DNA of 64,000 bases from a virus (lineage: Duplodnaviria > Heunggongvirae > Uroviricota > Caudoviricetes), in IMG/VR virus record IMGVR_UViG_3300015615_000629, positions 496,711 to 560,710 of that record; one strand, given 5' to 3'. Shown here piece by piece: positions 56,208 through 63,457 of the stretch (its first letter is position 1; every line of letters starts with the position of its first letter). The notes under the pieces are model-generated. The model saw only the letters and a program-made list of their open reading frames with translations. It was not told where the DNA came from and searched no databases. A program made the position numbers and the translations under genes.

Positions 56208-56679
56208 TACCCACATCGCTGCCAAATTCCCAGCATGTGGAAGAACATTGCTTTTTAATGACCATCCTCGCACGAAGAGTGCCTATCTTTACTTCCCCGA
56301 ACACCTGTTCGTCATGCCCAGATACATAGACAATTGCGGAAATCTCCGCATTAAAGAAACTAGAGGCATATCTCTTTTCTTTAAAAATAAAGATAAACTC
56401 TGTATACCACACATCCCAGATATTGACGGCTCTGGAGGTATCTGCACTAGCAACAATCACGGTATCATCTCTGCACCACCAGTCGATGCCATAAATCTTG
56501 CTATAAATCAGTTTTTTTCTAATATATCAAGGTTTCCAGTCCATACTTCATATTTATCATTCCAAACCTGGATCAGAGAATCAAAACAAAATAAATGCCC
56601 ATTACACCTATTTGAATGCTATCCGTTTCATGATACTCTAGAACCAATATCTCTCCAAAAATTGAAAGAACTAAAGTGA
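56188..56679 (+). CDS. E2-like paralogue 19
   Basis: PACGRTLL ... FPEHLF ... IPDIDGSGGICT ... INQFFS. Confidence 0.6.
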   Translation: MEYLVNNTHIAAKFPACGRTLLFNDHPRTKSAYLYFPEHLFVMPRYIDNCGNLRIKETRGISLFFKNKDKLCIPHIPDIDGSGGICTSNNHGIISAPPVDAINLAINQFFSNISRFPVHTSYLSFQTWIRESKQNKCPLHLFECYPFHDTLEPISLQKLKELK

Positions 56680-57089
56680 ATTGCGAAGTAATCAACAAGA
56701 AAGATATAGAAATCTATATCTTTCCAGAACATAAAAGAACCGTCCTATTAAGGGAATGGTTTACCTCAAATGTTTGTATAGAATATGTTACCATACCACG
56801 TACTTTCTTCTTCCTAAAAGATGATATGCTCCATTTCGGACACCTAGACGACAATAACTATTGTCGTCGATTAGGTCGTAATTACTTTTTTGAACATGGA
56901 TTTCGTGACGATAAATACTTTTTTGTCGCTTGTCTAGGTAAAAAATTCACTAAAATAAAAGATAGCATCCATTACTTCTGGGAATCATCCTTCTTATCTC
57001 CTTTTCCAACAGACTCACCAACAAAATATAGCCTAGATATTGTCTTGTCTAAACTTGGAATTATGGACGACCCTAATGAAATTACTTAA
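56676..57089 (+). CDS. E2-like paralogue 20 (divergent)
   Basis: PEHKRTVL ... IPRTFF ... VACLG ... IHYFWESSF. Confidence 0.55.
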   Translation: MNCEVINKKDIEIYIFPEHKRTVLLREWFTSNVCIEYVTIPRTFFFLKDDMLHFGHLDDNNYCRRLGRNYFFEHGFRDDKYFFVACLGKKFTKIKDSIHYFWESSFLSPFPTDSPTKYSLDIVLSKLGIMDDPNEIT

Positions 57090-57519
57090 AAGCCTAGATG
57101 TTAATTTCTCAACAACAGAGCATTATTATGCAGACTTTCCAGAAACCTATAGAACCATTATTGCAAAACGAGAAGTCCTCGGCGAAGAACCGAAAATTAA
57201 ATCCTTCTATCTGCTCTTTCCAAAACATAGATTCAACTTTTTTGTATGGCAAAACCATATTGGAGCTTACCAATTAACTAAATTCACTATTGGCCGAATA
57301 ACAGAGAAAGGAAGAAGTTATAACTTCCGCTTTCCTAATCAAGGAATCATATCCGGAATATGCCTCGGACAAGGTATTGTAGATATATTTATCGAAAATC
57401 TCGCTCAGCGAGCCGTAGACCTGTTCTGGAATACTAAATTTACCTGTACTAGCTTTCAATACCTGGATAATTGGAATCGCACTGTTCTAGATGGAAATGT
57501 AGAAACATTGGAATATTAG
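57076..57519 (+). CDS. E2-like paralogue 21
   Basis: PETYRTII ... FPKHRF ... FPNQGIISGICLG ... VDLFWNTKF. Confidence 0.65.
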   Translation: MKLLKSLDVNFSTTEHYYADFPETYRTIIAKREVLGEEPKIKSFYLLFPKHRFNFFVWQNHIGAYQLTKFTIGRITEKGRSYNFRFPNQGIISGICLGQGIVDIFIENLAQRAVDLFWNTKFTCTSFQYLDNWNRTVLDGNVETLEY

Positions 57520-57520
57520 C

Positions 57521-57940
57521 ATGAAACTATTCCTAAAAGACGACCACAAAACAGTTTATATCAAAGAAAAACATTGGAGAACCGTCCTGTGGGAAAACAG
57601 AACCCAATCTTATGTTTTAATTCCAAGATGTTTTATGATCTTCTCACAAAACTTGTTCTTTTTCGGCTATTTAAGCGATGAAAATCTCTGCTATAGAATA
57701 GGCACTAACTACTATTTTTATCGAAACTTCATAGAAGACAACAACCATGCATTCAGGTTTCAAATTTGTTTGGGCAGAACAGATTTTTTAGATTTCCAAG
57801 AATGCCTAGACTATTTCTGGAATTCTACCTTTTATAATGATTTCCCACTGGTATATGGGGAAGACCAGTCAATCAAGACGCCATTCAAGAAACTCCTAGA
57901 AGATATTGATAAAATAAACGAAAAGACACTCGCCGGATAG
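57521..57940 (+). CDS. E2-like paralogue 22 (divergent)
   Basis: HWRTVL ... IPRCFM ... QICLG ... LDYFWNSTF; sister of paralogue 20. Confidence 0.55.
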   Translation: MKLFLKDDHKTVYIKEKHWRTVLWENRTQSYVLIPRCFMIFSQNLFFFGYLSDENLCYRIGTNYYFYRNFIEDNNHAFRFQICLGRTDFLDFQECLDYFWNSTFYNDFPLVYGEDQSIKTPFKKLLEDIDKINEKTLAG

Positions 57941-58246
57941 ATTTTCTGAAAAACCGAATTTTTTATGGAACAAAACCCCTATGTGTATGAAACAGATGAA
58001 TATCCAGAACCTTCTCAACTATTAATCTTCTTAGAATGGACCCTTTTCTATATTCTCGTTCTGGGCCTAATCATCATTTCCCCCAGAATATGGCTAAAGA
58101 TAATTAAGGATATATTGGGAATTCCTTATTAAGGGACTCCTAAGTTATTTTCTGAAAAACCGAATTTTTAGTTTTGCAACATTTATGGGACTCCAAAACC
58201 TAAAATGTGGTTTTTCAGTTTACGAGATTCTACTTTTGCAACATTT
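57941..58246. repeat. short direct repeats at the end of the plus-strand block
   Basis: ATTTTCTGAAAAACCGAATTTTT at 57941 and 58147; TTTTGCAACATTT at 58172 and 58234. Confidence 0.75.
57965..58132 (+). CDS. possible small membrane protein (about 55 aa)
   Basis: Read manually: MEQNPYVYETDEYPEPSQLLIFLEWTLFYILVLGLIIISPRIW...; end approximate. Confidence 0.35.
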   Translation: MEQNPYVYETDEYPEPSQLLIFLEWTLFYILVLGLIIISPRIWLKIIKDILGIPY

Positions 58247-58438
58247 TTAGTTTAAATCTGGGCGGGTCTGCAGTTTGGAGGGAGTTTAAAAGAAAAGGCG
58301 GCTTAGTCATGGCTCCGCCCACCCCCCATAGGAACCCCCACCCCACAGGGAATTTTATTTTAATTTTTTGATTTTTATTTCTGCAACAAATAAGGTACAG
58401 GTTAATTATACCTTATTGTTATTAGGTAGGGGTTAACC

Positions 58439-58675
58439 CTACCCTTCGTCATAGTCCTCGGGGTTCGCTTCGGCATCCTCTGCCTCGCAGGCGTCGTAAT
58501 GCTCCTGCTGGAGTACATACCGCACGAGTTCGGCCTTGCGTATGCCGAAGTACATAGCCCCTACGTTATCGTAGAGCAGGTCCAGTAGTTCCTGTCGGCT
58601 CATACGTGAGAGTTCTACCCCACGCGGCGACTTGACATCCACGGGCACAGCAACTGGTTGCAATCGGAAGTTCAT
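58439..58675 (-). CDS. small cassette ORF (78 aa)
   Basis: Motif plus AGGAGG RBS upstream. Confidence 0.65.
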   Translation of the reverse strand: MNFRLQPVAVPVDVKSPRGVELSRMSRQELLDLLYDNVGAMYFGIRKAELVRYVLQQEHYDACEAEDAEANPEDYDEG

Positions 58676-58763
58676 CGTCCTGTCCTCCTGCCCATTAAGG
58701 TACAGATAAAGGATACTATTAACTTATCTGTACCGTTACGTTATCTTATAGCCCCGTAGGGCA

Positions 58764-58922
58764 TTAGGTTGGCTGCCCCTGGGCTTTGGCAATGGCGTCC
58801 ACTGCTTTACAACTCCAATCCCACAGCAAATCGTGGTAGTAGTCCGATAGGCCAGCCCCTTTCAAGGCTTCGTCGATTGCGTTCACGCCTTCCGTCAACA
58901 CTGCCACCATATCTTCGTTCAT
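58764..58922 (-). CDS. small cassette ORF (52 aa)
   Basis: Read manually, MNEDMVAVLTEGVNAIDEALK...; motif plus GGGAG upstream. Confidence 0.55.
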   Translation of the reverse strand: MNEDMVAVLTEGVNAIDEALKGAGLSDYYHDLLWDWSCKAVDAIAKAQGQPT

Positions 58923-59041
58923 GACTGTTCTCCCTGAGTAGTCGCCCGACAGTCATTAAGGTACAGATAAAGGATACTATTAACTTATCTGTACCCTTCC
59001 GTTACTTAAAAGGAAAGGCAGGGTTGCCCCTGCCTCCCTTC

Positions 59042-59410
59042 TCAGAAGGGGATATCACCGCAATCGCAGGCAGCCTCAGCGGCTACCACGTTGACTGGTA
59101 AGCCTCGCACGCGGGCAAAGACATCGCTTCCCCCGTAAACGCCTAGCCGCTGGTTAACGGCGTCAGCGGTTTGAAGGGCAGCCTCGGGGGTAACGTAAGC
59201 ACTGTGGAAGTCCTCCCGCTCGCCCATGCAGGCATCGGTCGAGGGGCAATACATCGTGGCGACGATAACGACGACGCAGCGGCCCTTGGCCAACTCTTGG
59301 GCGATACGTGGGTCGTTCGGCTCGCGGGTCATGCACGACCAATCGAAGGCGTTTCGCAGTTCGCTTTGCGGATTGTAATCCCGTTCCTCTTGCTCTTGAA
59401 TGTTGAACAT
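59042..59410 (-). CDS. cassette ORF (122 aa)
   Basis: Motif plus GGGAG upstream; hairpin downstream. Confidence 0.65.
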   Translation of the reverse strand: MFNIQEQEERDYNPQSELRNAFDWSCMTREPNDPRIAQELAKGRCVVVIVATMYCPSTDACMGEREDFHSAYVTPEAALQTADAVNQRLGVYGGSDVFARVRGLPVNVVAAEAACDCGDIPF

Positions 59411-59544
59411 GGCTTGGCTCCCGTTTTAATCTTTCCCTTAACCCACCAATAAAGGTACAGATAAAGGTTGGGGATTAAATTAAATGCTCCGGAAGGTTTG
59501 AGTTCCCTTCCGGAGCAGGTTTGCGGAGCGAGCCGCAGGGAGGT

Positions 59545-59805
59545 TTATTCCTCGTCGCCCCCGTAGCAACCGTAGTCCTCATCGGTTCCGAAGCCGGCCG
59601 AGGCCATGCCGGTATCGAAATCGCCGTCCATGTCTTCGCCTGGAAGCATCATGTAAAACGTGGGGTCTTCGCCGTCCTCCTCCGTGTCGTTCAGTTCGAG
59701 GTCGAGTTCGGGCAATTCGAGTTCGCCATCGAATTCGCTTGTGTCGTCCCCGATTGGCCCGTCGAAGTCGAGGTCAAAGTCAAGTGAGTCATCGCGTTCG
59801 CTCAT
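59545..59805 (-). CDS. highly acidic cassette ORF (86 aa)
   Basis: Start trimmed to MSERDD behind GGGAG; 33 of 86 residues are D/E. Confidence 0.6.
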   Translation of the reverse strand: MSERDDSLDFDLDFDGPIGDDTSEFDGELELPELDLELNDTEEDGEDPTFYMMLPGEDMDGDFDTGMASAGFGTDEDYGCYGGDEE

Positions 59806-59920
59806 GTTCATCTCCCGTTGGTTGTTCCCTTGCCACAACAGATAAGGTACAGATAACAATTGAGATTAAATAAAAACTCCCCCGGAGGCCATGCCTCTAC
59901 GGGGGAGTCGGGCAGGGATT

Positions 59921-60157
59921 TCAATTTGAGTCATCGATTTCGACGCAAGCGACTGCGATTTCATAAACCATCTCTTGGGCGATTTCATCCTGCTTATCGC
60001 ACCAATCTTGGTAAGCCCAATCGGTGTGGTCGGCGAGAAGGTCCATCTCGTAATAGCGGCGGTCGAGAGCGATACCATACGCAATCTGGTCGCTGGCAGC
60101 CTCTTGCTCCTGAATGAGATTCAAGTTGAGCGAATCGCGGAGTTGATTGCGGGCCAT
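59921..60157 (-). CDS. cassette ORF (78 aa)
   Basis: Start trimmed to MARNQL behind GGGGAG; motif upstream. Confidence 0.6.
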   Translation of the reverse strand: MARNQLRDSLNLNLIQEQEAASDQIAYGIALDRRYYEMDLLADHTDWAYQDWCDKQDEIAQEMVYEIAVACVEIDDSN

Positions 60158-60207
60158 CTCTTGTCTCCCCGTTGATTGTTCCCTTGCCACAACCAATTAG
60201 GTACAGA

Positions 60208-60498
60208 TTAAATTAGGCAAAGTCTGCCATCTTCGCCGACATGGAGGTTGTCCCCTTGTCCCTTGACAACGCCGACGACTTCCATTGTGGCCTCTCCCGT
60301 GGTGGTGGCCGTAATACGGTTCAGCAAGGCATGGGCCGTGTTAGACAGGTTAATCGCCGTCCGCAGCCGTTGTTCCATGCCCTCCACATCGGGGATGCGG
60401 CTGACTTCGCCGTTGCTGTCATCAATCGAGTCAATGTAGCTCGATTCGTCGGGCGTAATGGTAATCGCCACGAGAAACGTAACTGATTCGTTGGTCAT
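60208..60498 (-). CDS. cassette ORF (96 aa)
   Basis: Motif plus AGGAGG upstream. Confidence 0.65.
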   Translation of the reverse strand: MTNESVTFLVAITITPDESSYIDSIDDSNGEVSRIPDVEGMEQRLRTAINLSNTAHALLNRITATTTGEATMEVVGVVKGQGDNLHVGEDGRLCLI

Positions 60499-60601
60499 TG
60501 TTCTGTCCTCCTGCCAGATAAGGTACAGATAACAATTGAGATTAAATAAAAACTCCCCATAGGGTAGGCCGATTAGGGCCGCCTTGGGGAGTCGCAGGGA
60601 T

Positions 60602-60733
60602 TTAACCCTGCCCGAGCGATTGCTTTACGTGCTTGCGAACGGCTCGATGGGCGAGTTTCTTACCATACGGCCGCAGATGTTTGCAGTAACCGTATGCGGC
60701 GTGAGCCTTGGTAGCGTTTGGGGTCTTTCGCAT
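60602..60733 (-). CDS. basic cassette peptide (43 aa)
   Basis: Read manually, MRKTPNATKAHAAYGYCKHLRPYGKKLAHRAVRKHVKQSLGQG; motif plus AGGAGG. Confidence 0.6.
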   Translation of the reverse strand: MRKTPNATKAHAAYGYCKHLRPYGKKLAHRAVRKHVKQSLGQG

Positions 60734-60765
60734 TGGTTGGTTCCTCCTGACCAATTAGGTACAGA

Positions 60766-61047
60766 TTAAAAATCCCCGATAACCTCCAGAACTTCGGTAG
60801 CCTTGGCCCTGATATCGCGGAACACTGAGCGAACCCATGCGACAGTGTCGTCGAGGTCGGGGGCGTTGCTGTCGAACCATGAATGGCGGCTGCCTGACAT
60901 GTCATTGACACAAGAGCGAAAGGTATGCTCCTTGCCATCCTTGAAATGAATGAACCGAATGAAGCCCATTGGCTTGGACTGGTCGGTGATACTGATGGGA
61001 AAGTGCTTCTCGATGCCTGGGTGGCGGCCGGCTTTTAACTTTGCCAT
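60766..61047 (-). CDS. cassette ORF (93 aa)
   Basis: Motif plus AAGGAG; stop codon lies inside the next motif. Confidence 0.65.
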   Translation of the reverse strand: MAKLKAGRHPGIEKHFPISITDQSKPMGFIRFIHFKDGKEHTFRSCVNDMSGSRHSWFDSNAPDLDDTVAWVRSVFRDIRAKATEVLEVIGDF

Positions 61048-61155
61048 TGTCTCATCTCCTTACCGCAATAGGTACAGATAAGGATAATTTTTAGATAAAA
61101 AAAACTCCCCTGGAGCGGCCACGAGCCGCGTCAACAGGGGAGTCGGGCAGGGATA

Positions 61156-61263
61156 TCAGTTGAGCCCGAATCGTTTGTTAAATCGGACGCTGCGGTGTTT
61201 AGCGTACCACTTACGTCGTGCTTGCCCTTTGAACCAACGTCGTTTTCGTTTTCCGTCTGGCAT
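61156..61263 (-). CDS. Arg/Lys-rich cassette peptide (35 aa)
   Basis: Read manually, MPDGKRKRRWFKGQARRKWYAKHRSVRFNKRFGLN; motif plus GGAGG. Confidence 0.6.
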   Translation of the reverse strand: MPDGKRKRRWFKGQARRKWYAKHRSVRFNKRFGLN

Positions 61264-61295
61264 GGCTTGGTCCTCCATGCCAGATTAGGTACAGA

Positions 61296-61568
61296 TTAAA
61301 AGTTTGGCATTTCCTCCAGTGTTTCCTTGACAGCCCGCATCGCGGCATGAACGCCTTGCGAATAGGCTTTTACATAGTTTTGGGCGGCTTTACGTCCGAT
61401 TGCGGTGTGAAGTTCTCCCCCTTGGTGCCAGTCGGGGTATGTCTGCACATCCGCTTTACGAAAGAAACGGTATCCTCTGGCCCCTTTACGGCCGGCACTT
61501 CCGAGCCAAACCGTATTGGTTGCGAAGCACAACCCAACTTCGCGTGCTGCTGCTTCAAGTTCTTTCAT
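61296..61568 (-). CDS. cassette ORF (90 aa)
   Basis: Start trimmed to MKELEAA behind AAGGAGG. Confidence 0.6.
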   Translation of the reverse strand: MKELEAAAREVGLCFATNTVWLGSAGRKGARGYRFFRKADVQTYPDWHQGGELHTAIGRKAAQNYVKAYSQGVHAAMRAVKETLEEMPNF

Positions 61569-61586
61569 GGTGTCCTCCTTGCCCAA

Positions 61587-61796
61587 TTAGGTACAGGTTT
61601 GCCGGCCGCGTGCTTCGCTGCGGTAGGCTTCGTCGAATATCGCTTGCAATTCCCTTCGGTCGGCTTCGGGTTGCGAGCGTCGATACTCGCCAAACCAGCG
61701 AATTTCTTCGGTGCTACGGCTGTTATCACGTTGCTTTACCGCACGGCCAGCACGCTCACCAGAGGCGGTTGCGGTTTTAATTTGTTCGGTAGTCAT
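61587..61796 (-). CDS. cassette ORF (69 aa)
   Basis: Start trimmed to MTTEQI behind AGGAGG. Confidence 0.6.
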   Translation of the reverse strand: MTTEQIKTATASGERAGRAVKQRDNSRSTEEIRWFGEYRRSQPEADRRELQAIFDEAYRSEARGRQTCT

Positions 61797-61833
61797 TTGT
61801 TCTGTCCTCCTGCCCAATTAGGTACAGATTAAG

Positions 61834-61912
61834 TCCGTCGGGCAGGAATCGAACCTGCACAGCATTGCGGGTGGGTTACGGCCACTTGGGCTCGCCATTG
61901 CCCAGCCGACGG
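61834..61912 (-). tRNA. tRNA-Tyr(GUA)-like gene, non-canonical, no encoded CCA
   Basis: CCGTCGG/CCGACGG acceptor stem plus A73; D stem GGGC/GCCC with GG; anticodon loop CC-GTA-AC; T arm GCAGG-TTCGATT-CCTGC. Confidence 0.75.
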
Positions 61913-62010
61913 TTATTACTTACATCTTTTAAGGTACAGATAAGGTTTTTATTTAGATAAAAAAACTCCCCCGGAGCATTGCTCTACGGGGGAGTCGGGC
62001 AGGGAGATTG

Positions 62011-62193
62011 TTACGCCGCCTCGCGGTAACTCTTGGTGGCGTGGATTGTCTTACCCGTTTCCTGGTCGATTAGCCGCACGGCCACGGCTTCCCCGAGGGT
62101 CTTGGCCTCCTGGCGTGCTTGGGCTTCGCGGTCGGCGTCAAACGTGGTGGTGTCCATGCCCTTGGCTTGCAGAATGAAACGCTCACTAAACAT
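62011..62193 (-). CDS. cassette ORF (60 aa)
   Basis: Start trimmed to MFSERF behind GGGAG. Confidence 0.55.
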   Translation of the reverse strand: MFSERFILQAKGMDTTTFDADREAQARQEAKTLGEAVAVRLIDQETGKTIHATKSYREAA

Positions 62194-62257
62194 GACTTTT
62201 CTCCCTTTTCGTTTTGCCCTTTGCCCCTTGATACCAATTAAGGTACAGATAAGGTTT

Positions 62258-62437
62258 CTATTCGGTGGTGCCGATTTCGATAGCACGGATTAGTGCTTGT
62301 TCCCTCTTGCCAAGGATAAGAGCATCCTTCATGGTTTCCTGCCCTGCGATTAGCATGGTGTCTAGGGCCTTAGCAACCTCCTCGCGAGTCGCCTTATTAG
62401 GAGCGACAACAGTGACGACTAATCTTATGGTTTTCAT
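62258..62437 (-). CDS. cassette ORF (59 aa)
   Basis: Read manually, MKTIRLVVTVVAPNKATREEVAKAL...; no motif directly upstream. Confidence 0.45.
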   Translation of the reverse strand: MKTIRLVVTVVAPNKATREEVAKALDTMLIAGQETMKDALILGKREQALIRAIEIGTTE

Positions 62438-62544
62438 TTGACGCTCTCATTTGCGTTTTAAGCGATTGGATTAAGATATGGTGTCTTTTTACCTTTTCTT
62501 AATTGAAACGCTTGTAATGCACGCTGCGGGCTTTTAATGGGGTA

Positions 62545-62856
62545 TTAGCACCAGCAGAGTTCGTGGCCGCCGAGTTGTTTGACCTTTTCGCTGATTTGGT
62601 TAAGTTTGTTGGCAACAGCGGATTTATTCCAGCCCATTGCCTGAAATTCTTTCACCAATTGGTCCAGTTCGGCGTCGAACTGTGGCACGACCAGATCAGC
62701 GGAAAAGTTGAATAGCTGGTGACTTCCCAGATATTTACACAACCCTTTACCACCGTGAAGTTTAGCGAGCCATGCTTCACCCTTAACGAGCATGGCAACG
62801 ATAATTTCACGCTGACGGTCGTTCTGGGCGTCTATTGCTGCGAAGCGGTGTGTCAT
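62545..62856 (-). CDS. cassette ORF (103 aa)
   Basis: Start trimmed to MTHRFA behind AAGGAGG; two motif copies upstream. Confidence 0.6.
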   Translation of the reverse strand: MTHRFAAIDAQNDRQREIIVAMLVKGEAWLAKLHGGKGLCKYLGSHQLFNFSADLVVPQFDAELDQLVKEFQAMGWNKSAVANKLNQISEKVKQLGGHELCWC

Positions 62857-62959
62857 TTGGTCCTCCTTGGCCAATTAGGTACAGATAAGGTTTCTGTTAA
62901 GGTACAGATAAAATAAAAAAGCCCTAGAGGTGGTGGTCCCTCTAGGGCTTGCAGGAGGC

Positions 62960-63229
62960 TTAGGCAGCCTTACGGGGCTTGGACTGGCTGAGGAACTTGC
63001 TGGCTTGTCGGCGGGTGGCGGGCTTGCCGGCGAGCCAATTGCGGAAAGGCACGGCGAGCGGGTGGTCTTTGATGGTTCCCTCGGCGGTCACAAGGTCAGC
63101 GGGGGCAGCGGCTTCGCGGAGGGAGATGCCTTTCTGACTTTGCGTGGGAACGTAGTCAAACTTACGCAAGGCAGGCCGGAGGTTGTTGGCCGGAATCGGG
63201 GGGAGCGGACGAATCACAACGGCTGACAT
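62960..63229 (-). CDS. basic cassette ORF (89 aa)
   Basis: Motif plus AGGAG upstream. Confidence 0.55.
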   Translation of the reverse strand: MSAVVIRPLPPIPANNLRPALRKFDYVPTQSQKGISLREAAAPADLVTAEGTIKDHPLAVPFRNWLAGKPATRRQASKFLSQSKPRKAA

Positions 63230-63277
63230 GTTTTCTCTCCTGCTTGTGGGTTACTTGAACGTTGAATTAGGTACAGA

Positions 63278-63457
63278 TTAGAGTTTCAGCGGCGTGTCGC
63301 TGACATAAGTTATTTGCATGACTCGACTTGCGTAAACGGTCGCCTCGTGAGCAACGGCAACAAAGGCGGTTGCTTGAGTTTTGGCAGCGACTTTATGTTC
63401 GACGCTTCCCCCGTCACGAAAAGCAAGTCGGAAAGTGTATTCGTTGTAGTCTCCCAT
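63278..63457 (-). CDS. cassette ORF (59 aa)
   Basis: Read manually, MGDYNEYTFRLAFRDGGSVEHKV...; stop codon is part of the next motif. Confidence 0.5.
   Translation of the reverse strand: MGDYNEYTFRLAFRDGGSVEHKVAAKTQATAFVAVAHEATVYASRVMQITYVSDTPLKL

Larger units (their letters stand above)
59872..62005 (-). terminator. four related intrinsic terminators
   Basis: AAAAACTCCCC...GGGGAGTC(GG)GCAGGGA on + at about 59872-59918, 60548-60600, 61100-61153, 61961-62005; each abuts a stop codon and reads hairpin plus U-tract on the minus strand. Confidence 0.75.

Noticed and set aside
43516-57940. Diversity-generating retroelement as the source of the paralogues
   Set aside because: No reverse transcriptase and no near-identical TR/VR nucleotide pair seen; the divergence spans whole proteins
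61834-61912. tRNA as a prophage attachment site
   Set aside because: No integrase and no duplicated tRNA 3' end seen in the window
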